The notes below the pieces were generated by a model. The model was not told where the DNA came from and searched no databases. It was given only the letters and a program-made list of their open reading frames with translations. A stretch of DNA of 64,000 nt from Utricularia gibba (lineage: Eukaryota > Plantae > Magnoliophyta): positions 5,890,001-5,954,000 of the forward strand of contig NEEC01000002.1 in the NCBI GenBank assembly GCA_002189035.1, in the 5' to 3' direction. Numbering within the stretch: the first letter of the stretch is position 1; each line of letters begins with the position of its first letter. The position numbers and the translations under genes were made by a program. Shown one piece after another: positions 11,917 to 25,694 of the stretch.

Positions 11917-13842
11917 GGCCTCCCCGGGTACCTTGAAAGTGGAGCAGAGCAAGAGGACCAGCGCCGCGAAGGTTTACTAGGGGGTGGGCATATTCAACAG
12001 TATGGATAACCGACAGCTGCAGAGTAGGCCCCCGGACTGCTAAGCTGCTTACCCAACCTACATCCGCTGACATTTCGCACCTTTAGCAGATCGCCCTCCC
12101 ACCTTCTTCTCTTCTCCTCTCTTCAACCATTTGGTGTTGATGCAACACGCACGCAAGGCACTGGGCAGTCAATTGATCATCTTCAAAGCAACAATAATAA
12201 TGGCCCAGTTACAGTTACAGATGAAACTAGAGGTGGTAGGTTTTTAGCAGCTTTGCATGCAACAGAAGCATGGCCTTGCCGGCATCCATGTCAGGCCTCC
12301 GGGAACTTGTGATTTTGACTTTCCGGCCATTCGCGAAAGAAGGATTGATTAGTTAACACCACCCACCGGGTTTCCGATTCATCATCCCAACCTGCTCTAC
12401 TTACTCACCATTATTCCCTATCGCAATCCAACTCCGATATCGAGTTGACTTTCGATCTTCTGTGGCTGCTTCCGACATTAAAACCACCCCATTCCGATTT
12501 CTGGTGGGTTATCGACAATCAAGATTTTTAACCTCATCGTTGTTCGCTCTTGAAGATTCAATAGAGGTTGCAAGAAAAAAAAAAAAAAAACGAATCTTTT
12601 TTGTATTAAAAAAGCATTATTAAATTAATAAACATAATTCGAATTTAATGTAATTTCAATAATATATTGCCATAACGTCATTTTTTTATCGACACGTGAG
12701 TCGGTACCATGGTCTTTGTGTTGGCCAAAAAGTATTAATATAATAGTATATATTATAATTAAATAAAAATGCACATATATTAAATGAAATAGTCTTAATT
12801 TTTAAATTTAACTTTTATTTCAACAAGTTTAAAATAAAAGTACATCAATTAATAGACTTGGGCACGCGTCCACAATCATCAAGTTACCAGAAACTTGACT
12901 AGTCAGCTAGAATATTTATGATATAAGTATGCATTTACTGTAATAACTGATTATCGAAGGAAAACAATGTCACAATTTACATATCACATAATTTGCAAAG
13001 AACATCATCATCACACAACAATGCCTTTGTGGTAACGGGTGCTTGTGCATTCAAATTTCAAGATGAACAAAAATCCACGTGTCTCGCTAGCCATGTGTGT
13101 TCGTGGTTCATCACCACGTGCCGATGGCCGGAGTGGGGCCCAAACCCTAAACCCCACATGACTACCATGACCTGCATCCAAGAAACTGGGCCCCATTGAG
13201 GTTATTGGAGATCCATGTTTTACCACCTCAAATATTTTAAATGTTCAATACATATTTATTGGGTATTTTTGAAAACTAATCATCATAACATTCTCTTACA
13301 CATACTAAGATCAAAATTTTACATACAGAATAATTCTTTTTTATACAAGATAATAACAATTCTCTTTAGATACGATAATATGAAGAATGTTGTATTTTTT
13401 TGGAAGCCCAATGCCGTTACATCACGGCCCGTTCATCAGCCCATGAATTGCACTGGTATAAAGACCCCGTCCCATCTTCCAAAGATCGAATCTTTCAAAG
13501 AAGATCTGAAGGCCCTTTTGTCCAAGGAGGTTGAGGACGAGAAGCCCAATTATATATATGAGTTAACTCAAGTTAAATTCGGATAAAAAATATATAATTC
13601 AACTTGTATTTGTTGAGTATGAATACGAATACGAATCAATTCGGAAATTATTGGGATTAACTCGTAATCATATCCAGGGTTAATTAGAAGGTGCTTTTTG
13701 TTTTCTAATTGGACCTTCTAGAACAAAAAATCTAGAATCTCCATGCCCCTTTACTGTAAGAAATAAATTTATTCAAAATATTTACTTATAAAAATCAATT
13801 TTCATCTTATAAGTTATAATATAAATATTACTAAAATATAAA

Positions 13843-14049
13843 CAGTGTTTTGTAAAAATTTTTGAACCTATTTTTACTTTTCAAAACTATTTTAAAAAAA
13901 TAGAAATAATAAGTAAAAGTAACATATTCCTTAATTTTCCAAAAATAATTTTTGTAGTACAATTTCAAAAGTATTTTTTTAATAAAAGTACTTTTACAAT
14001 TGATAATGTTCTAGAAAAGAAATAAACTTCAAAAAATTTTCAGAACACA
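13843..14049 (-). mobile_element. Tourist-like MITE, family A copy (reverse orientation, degenerate)
   Basis: Left end CAGTGTTTTGTAAAAATTTTTGAACCTATTTTTACTTTTC is close to the reverse complement of the right end of the 37289-37523 element. Right end AAAAAATTTTCAGAACAC. Confidence 0.6.
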
Positions 14050-14790
14050 TATAATATCTTTATAAAATATGTTATTTGTTTACAAAAATCTCTTCTAATT
14101 TTTTAGTTTCTAAACATAAATAAATTCTAGAATAATCATTCTTAAAAAACGATTCTAAATATACATAAATTCTCATTCAATCAAAATTTTCAATTTTACT
14201 AGAATCGATTCTGAAGTAATTTTTTCAAATGTATATTTGATATTTTACTCCAAGTACCATGGAATCGCGAGCTAGTGTTTTTTGGGCACCTAGCAACTCC
14301 TAAGATTATTACTTCATAAAAAAGAATATTTTTTTCATAATATTAAATAAGAAATAGAAAAAGGAATGAGAAGAATTTGTCGGCATGGTTAGAAGACTCT
14401 AGAAAGATTCCCATCCGATTGAGAAGTGCCACGCCACGGCCACCTAACTATTCGGCTGCTCCAAAACGATGGAGATTAATTATTGAAAACAAAATATAAT
14501 ATTAAAAATCATGTCTTTTCCTGAGCTGTCCATGTGAGCTTGTGGCCCCCATCCGATTTTAAACTATGTAATAAAAAAGAATATGTAATTTTATTCCAAA
14601 TTATTATTCAATTATTAAAAACACACTTTGATGCATATCATCGTATTTCCGTACAATGTGACAGTGTTTTTTTTAATTATTATGAAAAATAGATCACCTA
14701 AATTGGTAATTTATAAAAGAAATGTGGTATATTTTGATATTATTTGCTTTTGATTACATTTTTAGACACAAGAAAAAGAACAGGAGAGAC

Positions 14791-15985
14791 TTATGACCTG
14801 AAAGGTGCTCTTTGAGGGATTCCTTTCCTTCTTCTTGCATTAGGAGGAGTGATGGGGCACATCTGGTATTTGCCTGGATCTTCAACAGGGACCTTCTCAT
14901 CCCTCGACGGGGAGGATGGAGAGGAGAAGCGGGTAATCTGTCTTGAACCCTCTTCTGCATTTGAGTTCCTCTTTCTCTTGATTCCGACGAGCTATGGATT
15001 TGAAAAACAAGAGGGATTAGTTGAGGTGTTGATATCAGAGTCATTCATGAGACAGCGGGAAGGAATAAGAAGGGAAGAGCTAGTTGTCAGTTTTGCTCGT
15101 GTCACTTTTACATCTTTCGACTGTGAGAGAGAATTATGTGGGGTGGTTGGATATGATGTGAAAGAGACGGATTCATGATACTCCAGGGTGGATTGGAGGG
15201 ATTGTAGTTTGGGTTGTTAGGATGGTGATGGCTCATCCATGCGCAGAGCCATGGATGCAACAGTAAGGCTCTCAAGAAATGTTTCTGTGGGAGATGATCT
15301 GTGATTCTGATAGGGTGCATTGGAAACCCTAATTCAGAGCTTTTAACTGTGGACTATCTATGGAAGGAAGGAATAGCAGAAGATGGTGGTGTTTTCGTGG
15401 AGGAGATGAGGAGGAAAATGCACCTTACATCCCAATGAACAGAAGCGAAATGTGTCCAGGAGACTCCTCCCACAAATCTGGCAAACGTGAGAGACGGATT
15501 TCCCGGCTCTAGGCTGCGGCCTCTCGTTGAGAAACAAGACTCTTGCGCTGTTGATCACATACGTCTGCACCCCAGAAATGTCCAGCACTTTCTGCACCTC
15601 ACAAACCCTCACCACATCGTGGTACGACGATCTCCGGATCTGTTCACATAAACCCATCACTCTCTCTACGCATTTGTTCTGCATTCTAATGCAATTACAG
15701 GCACTGCACCTGAATGACGGGATGATGCTTGTGGCTGGCGGAGACGCAGAACCCACACAGCGCATCGCTGGAGCTGCACTCCAGACAAAAGAGATTGCAT
15801 TCGCTCCGAGACGACGCGCCGCTGTGGGTCCTGCACACCCCGAAGAAGGTGGTGTTGAGGAGGCGCTCCAGCCACGGCGGCACCCCCGCCCCGCCCTCCG
15901 GTTCCTAGACACACAACCCGAATCATCAGAACCAGGAGAAAAGCAAAGCAGAGTCGAGATGAGATCATCTGACAGGGATTACCAT
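14791..15985 (-). CDS. PLATZ zinc-dependent transcription factor
   Basis: ATG(15985-15983)|intron|[28 protein letters not shown]...HKHHPVIQ|[55 protein letters not shown]|[20 protein letters not shown]. Confidence 0.92.
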
Positions 15986-16353
15986 TAACAACACCTCGGG
16001 GAGTTCAGCCCTTCCTCACTGGGGAGAGAATAATGACACAACCGTAAGTGCCTAACCTAAGAAACGGCCTACGGCGTAGCTGGTTCGAGGTGGGAGAGAT
16101 GTATGGAGATGGAAGTTGGAGGCTTACGCATCAGGAGGTGAGTGTCGTCCCAGCGCTGCGCTACGCATTTCGTGTGGAGAAGTAGAACAAGTAGTAGCAA
16201 TTAAGGCGTTGGTCGATACGGCGCCGTTCTAGGAGCGGTGGAGCTGCATTTTGGGTGTACTTGAGGGGGCCCCACCGAGACGGTAGGTGGAGGGAGCCTG
16301 TTCCTTCGTCCTCAATTCACTGACACTTGCGTAAACCCTAATTTACTACACTA

Positions 16354-16519
16354 GTTATGTTTATTTAAGTTTGTGCTTCAAATTAAGTGTTTTTGAATTG
16401 ATTTTTATTGAGAACATAAACAGTTTTTGCTTTTTTTAAAACAATTTTATATCAACTTCTATCAGCTTTTGAATTACGTTTTTTGAAACGTTTTTAATAA
16501 AGCGGAAATAAACATACCC
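16354..16519. mobile_element. Short MITE-like element, family B (TIR about GGTATGTTTATTT)
   Basis: GTTATGTTTATTT at 16354-16366 and AAATAAACATACC at 16506-16518 are inverted repeats (12/13). The same terminus GGGTATGTTTATTT recurs at 46276-46289 after TTA. Confidence 0.45.
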
Positions 16520-17596
16520 TTACTTCCCAATCCAGTCAAAAACGTGTCCGTGTCCGCCCCTGGATTCAGACAACAAGAGGAATCATCAAGTGATCGGAAC
16601 AAATAAACCAACCCGGCCTAATTTTGTCGCGTCCCGCTTTTCAATTTATTGAGGCACATGCACCTTGTGGCCATACTTTCGATTCGCATTGCAGCGACAG
16701 TTAGTGATCAACATCGCCACGTATGTTCAAAACTGCACCTTTACTTTTTTTGAAAAAATTTGATTATATTTAATGTTGATTTAGACAACATTATTAATCT
16801 TTGATTATGATTAGAAAATGAATTACTTTTTGAACATCTAATTCTCTTATATTACAAATAATTTTTTTAAAATCAATTCAATTCTATCCTTTTACCAAGA
16901 TTAATTTTTAAAGAATTGATTATGATAAAGATATATATTTACGATTATACCCATATTCTTATAAATAATTATGACTATTGATCTTATTTAAAATAAATTA
17001 TTAATTTTTGTAGCATAACTATAATAGAAATCTAATTTAAACTATTATAGTGATATCAAAATACAATTTATAAATTTATGTAATATAATGATTTATAAAA
17101 TTACTTCAATATAAATTAATTATATAATAATAATATTTTAAAAAATATTTCTAAACATATATCAATTTTAATTCTATTTATATTATATTTCTAGTGTTGG
17201 GATACTTACAACTAAAATCATATTTAAAAGTTCTTACCTAAACCAAAACAACCAAACAGTGTGTCATGTTGAAAAAGTAAGATGGAAAGGAACCCCACCA
17301 CATCAAAAAGGAAGATGCAAAGAAACCCCACTACAACCAGACCACTCAATGGGCTGCAGTTCAAATGAGACTATTCTTGTACTTGAACTAAGGTATTTGA
17401 CATTTGTGCCCCCTTGTGTACACTACACAGTGTCCCTGTTTTCGCTACTGGACAAGTGTACAGCAGCAGAAAAAGAAGAAGGGTGTGCGAGCCAGGTGTG
17501 TGTCTATGACTTGCAAGTAAGTGTTACTACTGATAATAAGCAGCAGCGAGGAGAGTGGGGTTCGGATGACTGACCCGTGGAGAAGGAGAAGAATGC

Positions 17597-19013
17597 TCAT
17601 TCTTCACTAGGCTGTGTTTCTTCGGTCAGCCGATCCATTTCTTTCTCCCATTTGAATCCACACATCTGGCGCCCGAAAGGAACAATGAGGTTGTAATGGA
17701 GAACCTGCAGAATGTAAAAACTTGAACAGTGTTGAGCTGCATTCAGAGAGGGAGAAGACTCAAAGTAGCATTGGGGTGGAACTGCTGTACATGAGTCATT
17801 AAGCATGTTTCCTCAAATCTGAGTGCTCAAAAAGGTGTCCCTTCCAACCACTAGATTCTTATGATAACTATGACGCTTCTAAGCTATCGTGATGATAGGA
17901 CATTCATGACTCATTTTCCTGTTTATCATAATACAGGAAACATACTGCAAAGTAATACTAAAAGTACAGTACCTTGTTGTTTAGATCATGCAGTTGAAGC
18001 TGCAAGATGCTGGAGAACTCGGACCATTTGGAATGATCGTGTCTGTTTTTCATCAAGAAAGCTTTGCAAAGTGCCAGTCGCCACTCGGCAATGTCATTCC
18101 TTATCTCCTTGTTAAGTTCGACCCACCTGGGTGCGCACCCGTTTTTGTTAAGAATCCTGTACAGAGTGTCTTCGGCAGGGTCAGCATGAGGATTGGTATT
18201 CAGATCCAAGGGCTTTCCCTTCCCAGGCAAATTTTCAAATTGGCCTTCCTCCATTGCATTATACACCCGCCGCTCAACAACATTTATAATGTCCGTTTCT
18301 GATCTGGAAAACACCACAAAAAAACGAGTAGGATGCACATATTGAAACCAAATTATGTTCCAACGGAAAATTCAGTACTCAGGACAGAACTTTGAAGTGC
18401 ATATCTATTCCCTGATATGACCACTATGAAGTACAACATAAATGGACCAAAAGTTCCTAAAATTTATTTCTAAGCAGGTGTGTTCATATGCTGATCGAAG
18501 TGAACTGAAATACTCTTCACAGCAAACGTGTAGCATCTGGTGCATACTCTGAACGCCATCAGCATCAACTCACCAGGACCCCCCCCCCCCGTTTTTTTTT
18601 TCTTTTGAACATGCTTCAATTCGAAACTTCGTATGTTCACACCAGCTGAGCTAAAGTCATCAGTTCAACTATGATATACAGAGGAGAAGGAAAAACTGCG
18701 CAATATTTGAAGTACTCTACGTCAATCAAAGCCTTTCCTCAGCAGTATAAACACATTAAAAAACGAAATCCCCTTACCGTATGTTATTCCGCCGTCCACG
18801 GATCTCCGGCGGAAGCTTCCGGTCGTTGACGGCGTCGATAACCGAAGCAAGACGATCACCACCGTTCACCTTCTTCTCAATCTTCTTCTCCGAATCATAC
18901 GACGACGAGGCAGAGGAGAAGCTCCATCGGCCGCAAGCACCCGCGGTGGCCGCCGATTGACTCAACGACGATCGCGTGAAGAGAATCTTCCTTACCGCGA
19001 AGGGAAGACCCAT
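17597..19013 (-). CDS. DUF1992 / DnaJ C28-conserved-domain protein (organelle-targeted-like N-terminus), 3 exons
   Basis: MGLPFAVRK..DRLASVIDAVNDRKLPPEIRGRRNNIR|SETDIINVVERRVYNAMEEGQFENLPGKGKPLDL..PHADPAEDTLYRILNKNGCAPRWVELNKEIR|VLHYNLIVPFGRQMCGFKWEKEMDRL. Confidence 0.85.
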
Positions 19014-19902
19014 TCGGAATCCCCAAATGGGCCTTGTGTGCCCCATACCCCAATTTCTTCCAAGTGGGTGGCCCATGAGAGATCCCGCGTTATTCATCTC
19101 CACATTATTCCCATAAATACATGACCCGCGGGCGTATACTTCCCAAAACTTCACCTTGGTCTCCACGAGAGATCTTCTTCTTCTTGGCAACATTCTTGAA
19201 AGGAAGCAGTGCTCGATATGGAGAAATCTTGAGAGGTATGAAGGAATCCGAGAAGGAATGTGTGAGATAAGGAAGGACGTGTGATGAATTCGTTCAAGAA
19301 TCGTGAAGATGATGAAGAAAAGATGGTTACCAAAGTCTTATACATTGCTTTTCTTTATGATGTTCAAAACACGGAATTGTCACACCAGTTCCTTATCCCG
19401 TTCATTTGTTCTTGTTATGCTCCTTTGTGTGTCACCAAGATCGATTTGATCATACAAGAAATTACAAAAGAAATTATTGCACGTGATTTAGTGAATCTGG
19501 GTTTTCTTGTTTGATTCTTGTTGATTATGATGTACGGTTGAAAATGGAAACGAAAACCTCATGGATTCAAAAGAGTTGGGTCACTTCTCTTGGTCCTCTT
19601 GTGAGCCTGGAAGAACGACGAGGTGCCAAGAACGATTTCGCTTGCTTTCGCTATTTTCAGATTCCTCATCATTAACGTGCACCCTCTGCAAAGCATTGAA
19701 TTGCAGGTGCCTTTAGAGCCTGCCTGGCTTTCAGTTCTAACAAAATGGAAGCACATATGCAGAAGCAAAAGAGACGCCTCACAAACAACCGCTGATCGTG
19801 CGCGCTGCAGATGAAGTGATCTACGAGGATCGCCGCCCTTGGAGCTGCTCTATACGCCGGCATTTGAACTTGTTCCGTGAAATGCAATGACTTGAGCTCA
19901 GA

Positions 19903-22281
19903 TTACTTGCTTGCGTGCTTAGCTTTATTGTGGCTATCAAGAGCTTGTTTGGAGCCAAATGTCCTGAACCACGAATATGATCATTCAGATGTCATCTTTC
20001 ACAGAGCTACAATCAGGTAGCATCTTTGATACATAATTGTTGGAAATTGATGTGGCACATACCTAGAGCAGCTCTTGCATTCATGGGTTCCAGATGATTT
20101 TGGGGTTTTCCCGTCTGTGCTCTTGGCCGGTGCCTTCCCAGTTTGCTTGGATGGGTAAGGGGTAGCAACATGACCTCCAACTTTTTTCCCATCTGCGAAT
20201 GGTGGAGTTAAAGATCATACAGTACATTATCATGGAGACTGCAAGGAACGAACCCGTGTAATGAAACATGTCAGAAGATCTCACCTGTTCCCTGAGGGTT
20301 CACTTTGGCCTTTTTACTAGGAACTGGTGTTTTAGAAGGAGAATCGGCAAGCCTCTTCTTGCTGGATTCAGCCTAATAATGAACAAAAAGCAAAGCGTAT
20401 AAAACATATCAAGCCACGAATTACAAGGTACATAGTACATATAAGACATCAGAAGAGCATAATGAACCTTCTTCGGTGGAGTCTCTTCATCCTCTTCATC
20501 ATCATCATCGTCATCATCTGAGTCAACCAAGCCATCACCATCCTACAATTAGAAAAGTGCGACATCAACTGGTTCTGTTCCACAGTATCCAAGACCAATG
20601 AGAGTTCAGCTTCCATTTGACATCCATAATCACTAAGACATTATAAACCATGACAATGCTAAGTTTAACTCAACGCTGTTATGCATAATAGCAAGGTGGT
20701 GAGCAACCAATCAAACACAATAATGGAAGTTTATAAAAAAATAAAAATCAGAAAGAATTTCCAGAATTAAATTCATCATACAAGTCTACGATTCATAGGT
20801 CGCAATGACCACCCATACCTCAGAATCATCGTCATCATCAGACATCATATCATCGCTACTCTCATCATCACCTTGATTAGTAGCTTCTTTCTTAGGTTCA
20901 ACAATCTTCACCTTCTTCCCAGCATCAGGCGCTTTTTCCTTGCCAGCGTTAGCCACCTGAACTTCAGCAGGTTTATCCCGTTTGGCTTTTATTTCAAGTC
21001 TCTCTGGAGATTAAATGCCAACTGAATCCACAGAAGCATTGAGCAACGAAGAGAAAAACTACTACTGGATACCATTAGTTTCAAGGTTCAAAGGATTCTC
21101 CTCATCAGAGTCATTTTCATCTGCAATGCACATCATATGTACTAAGTGAGATAGAGACAGGGAGAAAAAATGAAAGCAGGAACAAAAGAGAAACTTACCA
21201 GAATCACCCGCAGGGAACTCAGTGATGGAAACAGGAGATCAGGGGTCAAGGAAAAGTTTCATAGAAAAATTATCAAAAGGCTTTTAGTAGCATAGTCCTA
21301 AGAAAAGGATATTCATCTTCCACAGGGTTTGCGGCCTTATACCCAAAGAAATAGACACTTCCACTCTTGTAGTTATGAGACAGCTCAAAGTCCCGTTCAA
21401 AAACTAGGTCAAATTGTTGCTGAGGTAACTTTTGAGGGAAGAGGGTTCCAAGAACAAGTTTCTTTCCATCAACATTGACAAACAAGTGGACACAAGCGTC
21501 CTTATCCTGTTTCGTTTCACCAATAGAAGCCTACAAGGTAGAACAAAATAGCATATCAGACTTCATGTGACTAGGGCATCCACATTAGATCGAGTCCTTA
21601 TCCACGTCCATCCCACATTCAGAATACACCGAACATCCATACCTGTGAAAGGTGCAGCACCATGCCATCCCCAGGTGATACCTTAAGAGGATCTCCGCTT
21701 TTTACCTCAATTCCTGAAAGTTAAAGCTACCTTGATTACAATCATGTTATAATAATAAATTTCTATAAATAAATAGTAACTTAAATATATACATCTATTA
21801 GTAAGTTATATCCCACAATTGCCGTAAACACACACGTTTAGATAATATACACTTGAATACTCAAAGACACGTAGAATCAGCGGAGAAGATTTCAAAGCTA
21901 CAACTCAGAAATGGTGCCACAAGGCTGGAGAAGCAGCAGAAGAAGTTCATACGAAATCGTGTTTCAAAATGCTGGTATTGCTTCTACATTTCTAACAGCG
22001 ACAACGCAATTCTAGATTACAGACAAAATCTGACCAAAAAATTTAGGCAGCTAATATCCACACAAACTCCTAAAGAAAAATCTACCTCCCCACACACATA
22101 AAAAAAAAAAACAAGAATGATCTCCTAGGAAAAACAAGTAAATGATACAGCAAAGACAGCCTTCTCGAATGGTTCCAGAAAATAGCTTTCGAAAATACGA
22201 TAGCTACAACAGTTAGCATAAAATACGGCGGCGGATAATACGGCTAGCTATTTAAGCTACACACTTACCCCAAAACTCCAT
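19903..22281 (-). CDS. HDT: Plant-specific HD2-type histone deacetylase with acidic tract and C-terminal C2H2 zinc finger
   Basis: MEFWG first exon, then IEVKSG..LHLSQASIG, KKLVLGTL..FDLVFERDFELSH..SVYFFGY, D/E-rich exons, HVATPYP, CKSCSR|TFGSKQALDSHNKAKH. Contains a U12 AT-AC intron at 21222-21312. Confidence 0.93.
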
Positions 22282-22843
22282 GCTCCGAGTACTCGAGGGC
22301 TTCCGACGAAGAGAACTCAGTAGGGTTTTGCAAGTGAAGCAAAAAAACGATGTGGAGGATATTTTAGTGAAAAGGCAGAAAAGGCAAAGAGGAACTCTTC
22401 AAAATTTGGGCCTTTTTTAAATCCTCTATAATAAATTATACCAAATTGATTATTTTAAATTGTTTAAAGTAAAACAAAGAAACAGAATAAATAAAGATTG
22501 CAATTAAAAACAAAAAAATAAGAATGTATTTGGTATGATAATATTATGAAGTAACACACACTTATCATTATATTTAATAAATATATTTAAAATATGTTAA
22601 AAAAGAAGCAAAACTCATTTAATATATTTATACAATTTTAATTTATTCAAATTAATTTTTCTTGGAATAGCGTGAATCCTTCCTCCCCCAGGGGATTGTA
22701 AACAGGCAAAAAGAAAGGAAGGCCAACGGTTCCATTCCTGTAGAAGCGGTCGACATCCCCCACCCTTTTCATATAAAAGCCGCCATCCCCTTTCTGCTTC
22801 TGTTCAATCACCTGCATTTCGTTTGATTTTAACCGTTGGAGTC

Positions 22844-24368
22844 ATGTCTGCTTACAGAGGAAAATACGCGGGTAATTCTCCTTTTTATTGTGATGGATAC
22901 TTGTTGGATTAATGCTTATCAATGTATGATTTAGCGATGTTGATTATGGATCGCGCAGAAGCGATTTCTGTGATGCCATATCTGTTTTCTTTTTGTGTCC
23001 GTGTATGTCTCGGTGTACTGTTGTATAATTACCCCAGATGTTTTTCTGTTGAATAAGCAACACATTTGCAGGTTGAGAGACCTTCTAATTAATTCATTTT
23101 TGGAACACAGTATTTTTTTTTTTTTTTTTGTGTGGATTCTAAGCATCTGCTGTACAGGGAACCTAATTCGTGGATTTCCCTGTTTTCCTTTATGCTTGGC
23201 TTGGAATACTGTTGTCTAAGATTTGGATGTTGCTTTTTTTTTTTTTGTAGATGAGCTCATCAAGAATGCTGCATATATCGGTACACCTGGAAAGGGCATC
23301 CTTGCTGCTGATGAGTCTACTGGAACCATTGGCAAGCGCCTGTCAAGCATCAATGTGGAGAACGTAGAATCAAACAGGAGGGCTCTCCGGGAGCTTTTAT
23401 TCACCACCCCTGGTGTTCTTCAGTACCTCAGTGGAGTCATCCTTTTCGAGGAAACTCTTTATCAGAAGACAGCTTCAGGTATGATCATGGATTTCTGTTG
23501 TAGTTTGGAGTATACGCGAGCTGAGGCAATGCTTCTGAGCTAACTTGCAGGTAAGCCCTTCGTTGATGTGTTGAACGAGGGTGGTGTCCTCCCTGGCATT
23601 AAGGTTGATAAGGGCACTGTAGAGCTCGCCGGTACAAATGGGGAGACAACCACCCAAGGCCTCGACGATCTCGCACAGCGTTGCCAACAGTATTACTCCG
23701 CAGGGGCCAGATTTGCCAAATGGAGAGCTGTTCTCAAGATTGGCCCCAATGAGCCATCACAGCTCGCCATCAATGAAAACGCCAATGGCCTTGCACGTTA
23801 TGCCATCATTTGCCAGGAGAACGGCTTGGTCCCTATTGTTGAGCCGGAGATCCTCGTCGACGGCTCTCACGACATCGACAAGTGTGCTGATGTTACAGAG
23901 CGTGTGCTTGCTGCTTGCTACAAGGCGCTCAACGATCACCATGTTCTCCTGGAGGGCACTCTGTTGAAGCCCAACATGGTGGCCCCGGGGTCTGATTCTA
24001 AGAAAGTCCCACCGGAGGTCATTGCTGAGTACACAGTCCGTGCCCTGCAGAGAACAATGCCTCCGGCGGTTCCCGCCGTGGTCTTCTTGTCCGGTGGACA
24101 GAGCGAGGAGGAAGCCACAGTCAACCTGAATGCGATGAATAAGCTGAAGGCCAAGAAGCCATGGAGCCTCTCCTTCTCATTCGGGCGTGCTCTGCAGCAG
24201 AGCACCATCAAGGCCTGGTCAGGAAAGGAGGAAAACATCTCAAAGGCACAGGATGTGTTCCTGGCAAGGTGCAAGGCCAACTCTGAAGCAACACTCGGAA
24301 CTTACGAGGGTGGTGCTGTGAGCGAGGGCGCGTCTGAGAGCCTCCATGTCAAAGATTACAAGTACTGA
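22844..24368 (+). CDS. FBA: Fructose-bisphosphate aldolase class I, cytosolic (3 exons)
   Basis: MSAYRGKYA|[30 protein letters not shown]..|..[33 protein letters not shown]-like CATATAAAAG at about 22772. Confidence 0.97.
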
Positions 24369-25694
24369 ATCACGCCATTTTTGCCCTGCAAGCTCTATGG
24401 TACGCTTCCTGGTAGTAGGACTTTGCCATGGTAGGGAATAAGACGAGAAGGAGAGGTATGATACGGCCATTCTTAGTATACAAAACTGCTTTGCCACCAT
24501 CTGGTGCGACTTAAAATAATGTAATTATTTATTTAATCCTCACATTAAAATTTTCTAAAATACCGAAAATTTGTATTATTATTTTTTTGAATCTTATTAT
24601 CTTTAAGAAAATGTAAAAAATTAATAACCATATAAATATTTATTAAATGGATACGGCAATATATGAATACATAATAATACGATTGTAATAAAATATTAAA
24701 AGATAATGTGTAAATCATAATTTTAAATAATAATATATTTTATAAATGCATAATTCAATAATAAAAATAGTTTACATGTTTAATATTAAAAAGTGATTTG
24801 GTTAATTATTTCTAAATTTTTTAATAAAATTTTCGAATTAATTTTATGGTTTAAAAACTGATAAAATGTTTTGTAGAGTTCAAACTTCAGACAATTTAGA
24901 TGCTAAAATAGATTCATTTAAAAAATTGACTAATATCAATTTATTTGTCACACATTTAATCAAAAAAATATATACATAGGATGCTCATTTTTTTCACATA
25001 ATGTTCAACATATGTCCACTTTTCTTATTCATTCGTCCAAATATGATTGACCCAACTAAATTAATGGATATGTTGTTAAAACATATATCATATACATATT
25101 TAAATATTACATATTTAATATATCTTATATGAAGTATTTTCATAATATGAGTAACATGGTTATTAATAATTTCTAATTTTTATAAATATCTATATACATT
25201 TTTTTTCTAATACATATGAGATTTATGAAATAATTGCGTAACTTATGCAATCATGTCAATGAAAATCTCTTATGTCATTGATTTTTTAACTAGATGAATT
25301 TTAATTATTTTTTATTTATTCTAAAAACATATTTTTTTTTATTTTTAAATTTACTTTTCAAAAACATAAAGAAACTAGAGGTACTTAATTGTGAGTACAA
25401 AATTTAAATAACATATGCATCATATAATTATTCAAATATTGGAATAATAAATTATACTTTAGTACTTGTACCATTTTTAAATATATATTATATCTATTTT
25501 CAAATTTAAAAACCACATGACATGTTTTTACGTAAACATAAATAACATTCATCAAGTGAATCCAAATATTTAAAGTGCAAAACAACTCACAAAATATATA
25601 TATATTTTTTGAGATACTTATCTCCTGAACAAAATGCAAAGCTCCCTTGCAGCATAAACAATGGAAAACCCTTAATTTTTCACCTTGGATTGAT

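Noticed and set aside
11593-12009. 138-aa plus-strand ORF
   Set aside because: Antisense shadow of the GC-rich first exons of NodGS; no family features.
15527-15988. 153-aa plus-strand ORF and overlapping minus ORFs 15358..15912 and 15666..15968
   Set aside because: Shadow or alternate frames of the PLATZ exons.
16175-16195. TGGAGAAGTAGAACAAGTAG, partly resembling miR164
   Set aside because: Too many mismatches and no fold-back partner nearby.
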